A stretch of 64,000 bases of DNA, taken from an uncultured Acidobacteriota bacterium. GTDB taxonomy: Bacteria > Acidobacteriota > Thermoanaerobaculia > UBA5066 > DATFVB01. The notes below the pieces were generated by a model, which did no database searches, was not told where the DNA came from, and worked only from the letters and a program-made list of their open reading frames with translations. This document shows, one piece after another, positions 11,496 to 19,336 of this stretch (position 1 is its first letter; each line of letters begins with the position of its first letter). Both the position numbers and the translations under genes were made by a program. Location of the stretch: NCBI GenBank assembly GCA_963813155.1, contig CAWEYG010000001.1, positions 192,001 through 256,000 on the forward strand, written 5' to 3'.

Positions 11496-12218
11496 CTAAG
11501 GCTTCTCCGCCTCGCCCGTCATCGGGACGAAGCGGACCGGGAGGACCGATCTTTCCGTCACGGTTCCGTCGGCCGCCTTCGCGAAGACTTTCAGCTCCTG
11601 GTAGAAATCGCCGACGGGAATGACCATGCGGCCGTTGGGGGCGAGCTGGTCGAGCAGCGGCTCCGGAATCTTCCGCGGCGCGGCCGTCACGATGATCGCG
11701 TCGAACGGCGCCGCCTCGGGCCACCCGCGGTAGCCGTCGCCGACTCGGAACTCGATGTTCTCGCAATGCAGGGCGCGAAGCTTTTCCTCCGCCTTTCGCG
11801 CGATCTCCGGAAGGATCTCGATCGAATACACGCGGCTCGCGATCCGCGACAGGATCGCCGATTCGTAGCCGGAGCCCGTGCCGATCTCGAGCACCCGGTC
11901 CGCCGGCTGAATGTCGAGGAGCTCCGTCATCAGCGCGGCAACGTAGGGCTGCGTGACAGTCTGCCCGTCCCCGATCGGCAGCGGGTGATCCGCGTAAGCC
12001 TCGTGGCGGTACCGCGCGTCCACGAAGAGCTCTCGCGGGATCTGCCCCATCGCTTCGAGAACCCGGGCGTCCCGAACGCCCCGCGCGGAAATCTGCGTGC
12101 GGACCATGCGGGTCCGAGCTTCGGCTTCCGGGTCGCCGGCCATTTTCTTTTCGCCTCCGCAGGCCGCGCAGGCCAACGCCGCCGTCAGCAGCAGCGTGGC
12201 TTCGCGACGTGCCGTCAT
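11496..12218 (-). CDS. pcm: Protein-L-isoaspartate O-methyltransferase with N-terminal signal/lipoprotein-like extension
   Basis: AYADHPLPIGDGQTVTQPY, VLEIGTGSGY, GDGYRGWPEAAPFDAIIVTAA, VRFVPM. Confidence 0.93.
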   Translation of the reverse strand: MTARREATLLLTAALACAACGGEKKMAGDPEAEARTRMVRTQISARGVRDARVLEAMGQIPRELFVDARYRHEAYADHPLPIGDGQTVTQPYVAALMTELLDIQPADRVLEIGTGSGYESAILSRIASRVYSIEILPEIARKAEEKLRALHCENIEFRVGDGYRGWPEAAPFDAIIVTAAPRKIPEPLLDQLAPNGRMVIPVGDFYQELKVFAKAADGTVTERSVLPVRFVPMTGEAEKP

Positions 12219-13855
12219 GGCGCTCGGAAAGCCACTTTCCCCGCGACCATCGTCAGGACGACGCGCGCCGCCGGAATTTCCGCGGGCGGGCAGCGGACGA
12301 GGTCGCGGTCGAAGACGGAGAAGTCGGCGCTCATCCCCGCGGCAATCGAGCCGTTCGTCGGATCCTCGAAAAGCGCGTAGGCCGCCCACCGGGTATAGAG
12401 ATCGATCGCCTCGTCGCGGGAAAGGGCCTCCTCCGGCCGCCAGCCGCCGGGAGGATCCCCGTGAAGGTCCTGACGCGTCACCGCGGCGTAGAGCCCGAGA
12501 CGCGGATCGTTCGATTCCACCGGAAAGTCGCTGCCGCCGGCCAGGCGCGCGCCGGCCTTTTCGAGGCTCTTCCACGCGTACGATTCGCCGATCCGGCCCT
12601 TCGAGAGACGCGCCTCCGCCCAGGGCATGTCGGAGGTCGCGTGTGTCGGCTGGATCGACGCGATGACGCCGAGCTTCGCAAAGCGGGGCCGGTCCTCCGG
12701 CTCGACGACCTGCGCGTGCTCGATTCGAGGGCGAGGATCGCGGGGCTGCACTTTCCTCTCCGCGTTTTCGATCGCGTCGAGGGCAACGCGGTTGGCCCGA
12801 TCCCCGATCGCATGGATCCAAACCTGGAACCCGGAGCGAAAACACCGCTCGGTCACCGACTCGATCGTCTCCGCCGGGGTGACCATCAGGCCTCGGTTCC
12901 CGGGATCGTCCGAATAGTCGGCGAGAAGCGCCGCCCCGCGGCTGCCGAGAGCGCCGTCCGCGTAGATCTTGACCGCGCGAACCGTCAGGAGCCCGGCCGA
13001 AATCGGCCCGCGGGCAAGGAACCCCTTCAGATCGGGGTCGGCCGCGCCGACGGTCGCGGAGACGCGGATCGGCAGCTCGCCGCGGCTCGCCATTTCGCGC
13101 AGGACCGCGATCTCTTTCGGCCCGTAACCCGAGGCGTCGCCCACGCCCGTCAGGCCGAGCGACGCGCACGAGGCGAGAGCCTTCTGGAAATAGCGGCGAG
13201 CGTCCTCCGGCGAGACGGCCGGCCTCGCCCGCAGCACGACCTCCATCGCGTTGTCGACGAAAACGCCCGACGGGGATCCGTCGGCGCGGCGCACGATCCT
13301 GCCGCCCGCGGGATCCGGAGTCTCGCGCGCCACGCCCGCGGCCTTCATGGCGGCGCTGTTGACCCACACGGCGTGGCCGTCGATGCGGATCGCAAAGGCG
13401 GGCCGGTCGGGAACGACGGCGTCGAGCTCGGAGGCGTCCGGAAACTGCTTCGGCGTCCAGAGATTCTGGTCCCAGCCGTGGGCCGCGGCCCAGACGCCCG
13501 CGGGAGCCGGATGCCCCCCCATGCGCGCGGCGCACGCCTTCGCGGAAGCCACGCCCTTCATGTCGACGGACTCTAGCGACAGGCCGAGCTCGGCGAGATG
13601 CCCGTGCGCGTCGGTAAAGCCCGGATAGACGACGGCGCCCGACAGGTCCATTTCCGGGGCGCCCCGGTACCGGCGCGCGGCCTCGCCGGGCGGCCCGACG
13701 AACGCGATCTTCTCCCCTTCCACGACAACGTCGAGCGGAACGGCCGCCGCGCCCGCATGGACGACGACGCGCGCGTTCTTCAGGATCGTGGCAGCGGGGG
13801 CGAGGCGGGACCCGGCCAGCGCGGCCGCCAGGGCGCAGACGAATAGCAGCTTCAT
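12215..13855 (-). CDS. Secreted amidohydrolase 3 family protein (YtcJ-like)
   Basis: Signal peptide; PGFTDAHGH, DGHAVWVNS, KIYADGALGSRGA, HAIGDRAN, RIEHAQ, GSDFPVE. Confidence 0.9.
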   Translation of the reverse strand: MKLLFVCALAAALAGSRLAPAATILKNARVVVHAGAAAVPLDVVVEGEKIAFVGPPGEAARRYRGAPEMDLSGAVVYPGFTDAHGHLAELGLSLESVDMKGVASAKACAARMGGHPAPAGVWAAAHGWDQNLWTPKQFPDASELDAVVPDRPAFAIRIDGHAVWVNSAAMKAAGVARETPDPAGGRIVRRADGSPSGVFVDNAMEVVLRARPAVSPEDARRYFQKALASCASLGLTGVGDASGYGPKEIAVLREMASRGELPIRVSATVGAADPDLKGFLARGPISAGLLTVRAVKIYADGALGSRGAALLADYSDDPGNRGLMVTPAETIESVTERCFRSGFQVWIHAIGDRANRVALDAIENAERKVQPRDPRPRIEHAQVVEPEDRPRFAKLGVIASIQPTHATSDMPWAEARLSKGRIGESYAWKSLEKAGARLAGGSDFPVESNDPRLGLYAAVTRQDLHGDPPGGWRPEEALSRDEAIDLYTRWAAYALFEDPTNGSIAAGMSADFSVFDRDLVRCPPAEIPAARVVLTMVAGKVAFRAP

Positions 13856-13866
13856 CGAAAGCAAAC

Positions 13867-15285
13867 TTATAACGTTTCGCGGCGGGCGAGAACGACGAGC
13901 GTCTGGTCGTCGTACTGGGGCGTGGCCCCCGCGAACGCGAGGACCTCTTCCAGGATCCGGCGGGCCGTGTCGGCGACCGGCTCTTCTCCGGCGCTCCCGA
14001 GCACGTCTCGCAGCCGGGGAACGCCGAAGTCCTCGCCGGCTTCGTTTTGCGCTTCCGTGATTCCGTCCGTGTAGACGCAGAGACGGTCGCCCGGGGCGAG
14101 CTGAACGCTCTCCTCCGTCCAGGTCGATTCCCAGAACATCCCCACGGGCCGCCCGGTCGCGCCGAGCATCTCCACGCGGCCCGAAGGGCGCATGAGCAGG
14201 GCAGGGTTGTGCCCCGCCGAAACGTAGGTCATCCGGCCCGAAGCCGTTTCCACGAGGCCGAAGAAAAGCGTCGCAAATTTTCGCGCCCGGGAGAACCGGT
14301 AGAGATGGCGGTGCACGCGCAGGATCAGGTCCGCCGGCGTCCTCGCGTCTTCGATCTGCAGATGAATGGCGGAAGCAAGCGTCGACACGAGGAGCGCCGC
14401 CGGCACTCCTTTTCCCGACACGTCCGCGACGACGAAGGCAAACCGGTCGCCGGAAAGGGGAAAGAAATCGAAATAGTCGCCTCCCACCTGCCGCGTCGAC
14501 AGGCTCTCGGCGGCGACCGCGAAACCGGGAAATTGCGGGATCTCCCGGGGAAGGATCTCCCGCTGGATCGCCGCGGCGAGCTCGAGCTCCCGCTCCAGCC
14601 GCTCCTTCTCCACCGCCTCGCGGTGAAGGCGCGCCGTCTCGACGGCGGTCGCCGCCTGGCTCGCGAACAGCATCAGGAGGCGGGCGTCGGAGAGAGAGAA
14701 ATCCGCGATCGTCCCGTCGCGGGTTTCCTTGTCCGCAACCGCAAGCACCCCGAGCCGCCTTCCCTCGTGCTGGATCGGAACGACGATGCACTTTTCGCAG
14801 TCCGAGAGATAGACGCCGGCCGTCGGGAAAGCCCGGGCGTCGTTGTTGATCGCCCCGTCGGAATCGAGCTCGATCCGAACCGCCGCCTCCTCGCTCAGGA
14901 GCGTCCCCCCGAAGGAGCGCGACAGCGCCGCGCGCTGCCCGTCGAAGAGATGGAGCGATCCGGAACGGGAATTCGTGAGGGAGATCGACCGCAGAAGGAT
15001 TTCATCCGCCAGCCGGTCGAGCTCCAGCCGCCCCCCGACCGAGAGCCCGACATCGTAGAGAGATTCCAGCTCGACGGCGCGCTCCCGAAGCTCGAAGCGC
15101 ACTTCCTTGAGCGACCTCGCGAGGACCCTCGCGGCGACCCAGGCCGCGCCGCCGTCGGACTCGCCGGAATGGGCTGCGCTGTCTTCCACTCGCGCGAGCG
15201 CGAGATCGAGGTTTTCTCCCGGTTCTTCCCCGAGCGCGAGAAGCGCTTCCCGGACGCGGTCCGCGAGCGTGGTCGGCGGGGTCAT
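13867..15285 (-). CDS. GAF + SpoIIE/PP2C phosphatase (RsbU-like)
   Basis: GAF (ADKE motif); VGGDYFDF, VADVSGKG, SAGHNP, YTDGITEA, DDQT. Confidence 0.92.
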   Translation of the reverse strand: MTPPTTLADRVREALLALGEEPGENLDLALARVEDSAAHSGESDGGAAWVAARVLARSLKEVRFELRERAVELESLYDVGLSVGGRLELDRLADEILLRSISLTNSRSGSLHLFDGQRAALSRSFGGTLLSEEAAVRIELDSDGAINNDARAFPTAGVYLSDCEKCIVVPIQHEGRRLGVLAVADKETRDGTIADFSLSDARLLMLFASQAATAVETARLHREAVEKERLERELELAAAIQREILPREIPQFPGFAVAAESLSTRQVGGDYFDFFPLSGDRFAFVVADVSGKGVPAALLVSTLASAIHLQIEDARTPADLILRVHRHLYRFSRARKFATLFFGLVETASGRMTYVSAGHNPALLMRPSGRVEMLGATGRPVGMFWESTWTEESVQLAPGDRLCVYTDGITEAQNEAGEDFGVPRLRDVLGSAGEEPVADTARRILEEVLAFAGATPQYDDQTLVVLARRETL

Positions 15286-15638
15286 CGGGCCGGGGCGAGA
15301 GCCGCGCGCGCTTCCTGTTCGGAACCGTAGATGCCGGCGTACTGGGCGAGGCCCATAATCCGGAACGTCTTGTCGATCGTGGGGGTCAGGTGGCAGAACG
15401 CGAGCGTTCCCTTGCGATCCATCATCTTCTCGAGCACCTCGATGAGAATGGAGATCCCGATCGAGTTGACGATCTTCGTCTTTTCGAGGTTCAGGATGAT
15501 CTGGGAAACGCCGCCTTCGAGCAGTGTCTGGATGCAGCGCTCGATTTCCTCGCCGCCCTCCCGGTTGATGTACCCGTCGGTCCGAAGAACCGCGACCGAT
15601 CCGTCGCGAACGGATTCCACTCTGCAGGACTCGTTCAT
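15282..15638 (-). CDS. STAS anti-sigma factor antagonist (RsbV-like)
   Basis: GYIN, IILNLEKTKIVNSIGISILI (phosphorylatable Ser retained), FRIMGL. Confidence 0.88.
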   Translation of the reverse strand: MNESCRVESVRDGSVAVLRTDGYINREGGEEIERCIQTLLEGGVSQIILNLEKTKIVNSIGISILIEVLEKMMDRKGTLAFCHLTPTIDKTFRIMGLAQYAGIYGSEQEARAALAPAR

Positions 15639-16060
15639 TTGTACTTCCGCATCACGATGGTGGTCCCCTTCTCGCTCGATCGGATCTCTTCTTCGTCCAT
15701 CAGGCTCTGAATGATCTTCAGGCCCCAGCCCCGCTTGCTGTCCCCGCGGAGCTTCTTCTCCAGCGACGGCGGCTCGACCCGCGAGGGGTCGAATCCCCGG
15801 CCGCGGTCGGAAACCGTCACCTCGAACATCTCCCCGCCGCCGGGGGCCGAGGAAATTCGAAAGAACACGTCCACACGGTGACCTCCCCGGCCGGCGTGCT
15901 CGAAAGCATTGATGCACGCCTCCACGAGCGCGAGCTTCACTTCGTCAATCTTATCCCGAGAGAGGCGCATCGACTCGGCGAGAACCTCGGCGAGCGCGGT
16001 CGCGGCGAGCTCCATGCCCGGCGAGGCCGGGATCGAAAGAGAAACCTCTTTCGCGGTCAT
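15635..16060 (-). CDS. Anti-sigma factor / Ser kinase (RsbW-like HATPase_c_2)
   Basis: KLALVEACINAFEH (N box), SDRGRGFD (G1), RGWGLKIIQSLMD (G2), GTTIVM. Confidence 0.9.
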   Translation of the reverse strand: MTAKEVSLSIPASPGMELAATALAEVLAESMRLSRDKIDEVKLALVEACINAFEHAGRGGHRVDVFFRISSAPGGGEMFEVTVSDRGRGFDPSRVEPPSLEKKLRGDSKRGWGLKIIQSLMDEEEIRSSEKGTTIVMRKYK

Positions 16061-16070
16061 CCGGACATCC

Positions 16071-16229
16071 TCAGAATTGGAGGAACGCCCGAAGGGCCGT
16101 CCATCCCCACCCCGGGATCGGCAGAACGAGAAGCGCCGCACCGGCGAGGCTCGAGAGGAGAATCGAAAGAGCGCTCGAGAGCGGCGCGCTGAGGGAGAGG
16201 CTTCGGGCTTGGGGGATCATGGCGAACAT
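16071..16229 (-). CDS. Putative small hydrophobic protein (49-52 aa), absent from the ORF track
   Basis: MFAMIPQARSLSLSAPLSSALSILLSSLAGAALLVLPIPGWGWTALRAFLQF* fills the gap between the sigma54 promoter and the rsbW-like start; alternative ATG at 16220. Confidence 0.5.
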   Translation of the reverse strand: MFAMIPQARSLSLSAPLSSALSILLSSLAGAALLVLPIPGWGWTALRAFLQF

Positions 16230-16237
16230 CATCCATC

Positions 16238-16252
16238 GCAAGGAGGCTGCCA
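16238..16252 (-). promoter_or_regulatory. sigma54 promoter for the small ORF-rsbW-STAS-PP2C operon
   Basis: Minus strand TGGCAGCCTCCTTGC, near-consensus TGGCAC-N5-TTGC. Confidence 0.8.
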
Positions 16253-16349
16253 GAATTCCGGAACGGCCCGAAAGCCATCAACCCTTTCTTTTGCAAAGAC
16301 TTCAACAATTTTCTTCTCGTTGCAATGACAGCCCGTCTCTGCTGCATTC

Positions 16350-16443
16350 TGTCACATATGGCGATCTTAGCACTTGCGCATTTATATGCATATAATTCAA
16401 AGACAGATGTTTAGCTACAGTATCGTGGCTATATGCCACAGTA
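16350..16443. promoter_or_regulatory. Candidate enhancer (UAS) sites in an AT-rich island
   Basis: GTGGC-TATAT-GCCAC (16425-16439), related TGTCACATATGGCGA (16350-16364), perfect palindrome TTATATGCATATAA (16382-16395), GC(T/C)ACAGTA repeated 20 bp apart. Confidence 0.55.
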
Positions 16444-16453
16444 CTATAAAGTC

Positions 16454-17971
16454 TCATATCTTCTTCCGGTAGAGCGTCCGGCGATCGATCCCGAGGATTC
16501 GCGCCGCACGGCTCTTGTTTCCGTTCGCCAGGCGAAGCACGCGCTGGATGTGGCGCGACTCGAGCTGGCGAAGAGAAACAGCGTCGCCTTCCGCCGGGGA
16601 CGGGGGCGCGCCCTCGTTCGAGCGCGATTCGATCCACTGCAGGTCGCCCCGGTGAATCGCGCCGCCCCGCGCCAGGGCCGCCGCGCCTTCGAGAACGTTT
16701 TCCAACTCCCGCACGTTGCCGCGAAACGAGTGCGAGAGCAGGGCCGCCATCGCCTCGCGGTCCAGCGTGGCCGGCGACTTCCCTTCCCGCGCGGCAAACT
16801 TCGCGAGAAAGTACCGAATGAGCCGGGGCAGGTCCTCCCGGCGGTCCCGGAGCGCGGGCAACGAGACCTCGACGACCCGGAGGCGGTAGTAAAGGTCCTC
16901 CCGAAACTTCTTCTCCGTGATCATTCGGGGAAGGTTCTGATGCGTCGCGGAAAGCACCCGCACGTCGAGCGGGATCCGTTTGCGGCCCCCGACCCGCTCG
17001 CACTCTTTTTCCTGGAGGACACGGAGGATCTTGGCCTGCAGGGCGAGCGGCATGTCCCCGATCTCGTCCAGGAGGATCGTGCCTCCCTGCGCGGTCTCGA
17101 ACTTCCCCGCCCGCGCCTCGACTCCGGTGGCCACTCCCCGCTCGATGCCGAACAGCTCGGCCTCGAGAAGCGACTCGGGAAGCGCCGCGCAATTGATCGC
17201 CACGAACGGGCCCTGCCGCCTCGGGCTCTTTTCGTGAATGAGGCGCGCGACCAGTTCTTTGCCGGTGCCGCTCTCACCGGTGATGAGCACCGAAACGGAC
17301 GACGCCGCGACACGGGAGACGACGTCCAGGACGCGACGCATCGGAACGGACTCGCCGACGAGAAACGAATCGGCGGCCGACCTCCCCGACTCGTCCCGGA
17401 GCCTTCGGTTCTCCTCCTCGAGCCGGTTTCGCTCTCGCTCGAGCCGCGACAGGCGGCGGCGGCGCTCGAGCGCGACGCCGGAGAGCGCGGCGAGCGAGGA
17501 CAGAAACCGCTCGTCCTCGAGCCCGAACGGGAGCGCTCCCCTCCGCGACTCCTTGTCGGCGAGAACGAGCCAGCCGAGACTCCGGTCATCGCCGCCGACC
17601 GCCACGCCGAGCGCGTTCGCGACCGGCGTCTTCAGGAGAACCATCCTGCCCCGGGACAACGGCTGGCGGGCCTGTTCGAGCTCGGCCAGGAAAGGCTCCT
17701 CGAGCAGGATCGAGTCGGAAGTCTTCCTGGGAAACCCGAGAAGCGCCCGCGACGACACCTGCCCGTCCTCCGAGAGCGAAAGGAAGAATCCCCGCGCGGC
17801 GTCCAGGACCGAGACGGCCCGGGACAGCACTTCTTCGGCGAGCTCCCGGTCCGATTCGAGCCCGGTCAGAGTGAGCGCGGCGTCATAAATCGTCTCGAGG
17901 AGGAGCAGCCGGTGCTGGACCTCGAAATCGCGGCCCAGCTCGGCTTTCATTCCTCCCTCGTCGGTCTTCAC
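16454..17971 (-). CDS. GAF-containing sigma54-dependent Fis-family activator (bEBP)
   Basis: GESGTGKE, NCAA, ELFGIERGVATGV (GAFTGA variant), LDEIG, FREDLYYRL, GNVRELEN, C-terminal HTH; alternative ATG at 17950. Confidence 0.93.
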   Translation of the reverse strand: MKTDEGGMKAELGRDFEVQHRLLLLETIYDAALTLTGLESDRELAEEVLSRAVSVLDAARGFFLSLSEDGQVSSRALLGFPRKTSDSILLEEPFLAELEQARQPLSRGRMVLLKTPVANALGVAVGGDDRSLGWLVLADKESRRGALPFGLEDERFLSSLAALSGVALERRRRLSRLERERNRLEEENRRLRDESGRSAADSFLVGESVPMRRVLDVVSRVAASSVSVLITGESGTGKELVARLIHEKSPRRQGPFVAINCAALPESLLEAELFGIERGVATGVEARAGKFETAQGGTILLDEIGDMPLALQAKILRVLQEKECERVGGRKRIPLDVRVLSATHQNLPRMITEKKFREDLYYRLRVVEVSLPALRDRREDLPRLIRYFLAKFAAREGKSPATLDREAMAALLSHSFRGNVRELENVLEGAAALARGGAIHRGDLQWIESRSNEGAPPSPAEGDAVSLRQLESRHIQRVLRLANGNKSRAARILGIDRRTLYRKKI

Positions 17972-19332
17972 GCCGTTTTCTTCAGCTTCCCGATCTCGGA
18001 TTCCGCCGCGATCGTGTCGAGGTCGCGGGGATTGAATTTGCGATTGACGGCGAGGGTCTTTTCCGCCCCTTCGAAATCGCCCAGGCGAGCCTGAGCCTCC
18101 GCGAGCAGGGCGCGGTAGCGGATGGCGCTCGCCTGTTTGTCCAGGTCGCCCGCCTCGCCCGGAGAAGGCAGCGCGCTCTCCCAGAGCCGGATGGCGTCGC
18201 GGAATCGACGGTCGCGAAACGCGATTCGCCCGCGAGTCACGCGCAGCTGGCGCTCGATTTCCGCCTGCATGACCGGATCCGGGTCTTTCCAGGACACCGA
18301 GTCGAGAACGGCGTCGGCTTCTTTCGTCCGGCCCTCGTCGCTCAACAGCACGGCTTCGAAGATCTGGTCGGCCCCGCCGAGTTTCGGGGGAATTTTCGCG
18401 CTCCGCATCGTCTCGATCGCCTCGCGCGCCCGGTCGAAGTCCCTTTCGCGCAGAGAGAGGAAGAAGAGCTTCTGCGCCACGACGAATTTTTCGATCGGCA
18501 TCTGGGCGAGCCGAAACGAAAGGTCGAAGTTCGCGCGGGCGAGAGCGAAATCCCCGCGCCTCTCCTGGGCGACTCCGAGGCGGTAGAGGTAGCCGTAGAA
18601 ATTCGGCTTCAATTCGTGGGCCTTCTGAAAATCGCGGATCGCGGCTTCGTAATCGCCATGGGCGGTCTCGACCTCGCCGAGCGTCTCCAGCGGATCTGCC
18701 GAGTCCGGCGCGATGAACGCGTAGCGCTTCAGGTCGGCGAGGGCCTCGGGAATGTTTCCGCGCGTCGCCTCGAGGTATCCGAGGTAGTTGTACGCCTGAG
18801 CGCAGTTCGGATCGTGCGCCAGCCGCTCGCGAAACAGGGCGGCCGCGTCTTCGGTCCGGTTCAGGCGCATCGCGTCTTCGGCCAGGCACTGATAGCCGAC
18901 TTCGTCCTGATAGTCCTGTTTCAGGATCCGGGCGATCCGGGTGGCTTCGCCGTTGCGGTGGTACACCCAGGCTCGCGCGAGATCCAGCACGAGACGCTCC
19001 CGTCGCGTCACGCGGCCGCGCAGCCGGTTCGCGGCTTCCAGGACTTCCTGGGCTCGCGACGTGTTCCCGTAGCCTTCGTAGAACTCGATCAATCCGACCC
19101 TCACCATGGCCATGACGAATTTCGGATCGTCGGAAAGCGCCTTTTCGTAGTGCCGCCGGGCGTCGGCGAAGTACATCCGATCGTAGTCTTCGTTTCCCTC
19201 GGTGTACTCGCGGTAAGCGAGGTCCGACGACGTCGTCACCTGCCGCCGCGGAAGAAGGAAGAGGGCCGCCGAGACGGCCGCCACCGCGAGGCTCGCGGCC
19301 GCGATTCCCCAGCTCTTGTGCGTGCTCGCCAT
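17968..19332 (-). CDS. Membrane-anchored TPR protein
   Basis: N-terminal TM/signal; TTSSDLAYREY; multiple TPR-like helices (AYNYLGYL, PLETLGE, LYRLG). Confidence 0.8.
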   Translation of the reverse strand: MASTHKSWGIAAASLAVAAVSAALFLLPRRQVTTSSDLAYREYTEGNEDYDRMYFADARRHYEKALSDDPKFVMAMVRVGLIEFYEGYGNTSRAQEVLEAANRLRGRVTRRERLVLDLARAWVYHRNGEATRIARILKQDYQDEVGYQCLAEDAMRLNRTEDAAALFRERLAHDPNCAQAYNYLGYLEATRGNIPEALADLKRYAFIAPDSADPLETLGEVETAHGDYEAAIRDFQKAHELKPNFYGYLYRLGVAQERRGDFALARANFDLSFRLAQMPIEKFVVAQKLFFLSLRERDFDRAREAIETMRSAKIPPKLGGADQIFEAVLLSDEGRTKEADAVLDSVSWKDPDPVMQAEIERQLRVTRGRIAFRDRRFRDAIRLWESALPSPGEAGDLDKQASAIRYRALLAEAQARLGDFEGAEKTLAVNRKFNPRDLDTIAAESEIGKLKKTA

Positions 19333-19336
19333 CCTG

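Noticed and set aside
16270-16454. AT-rich island as horizontally acquired DNA or a riboswitch
   Set aside because: Short, and explained by sigma54 enhancer/bending architecture; no recognisable riboswitch core or mobility gene.
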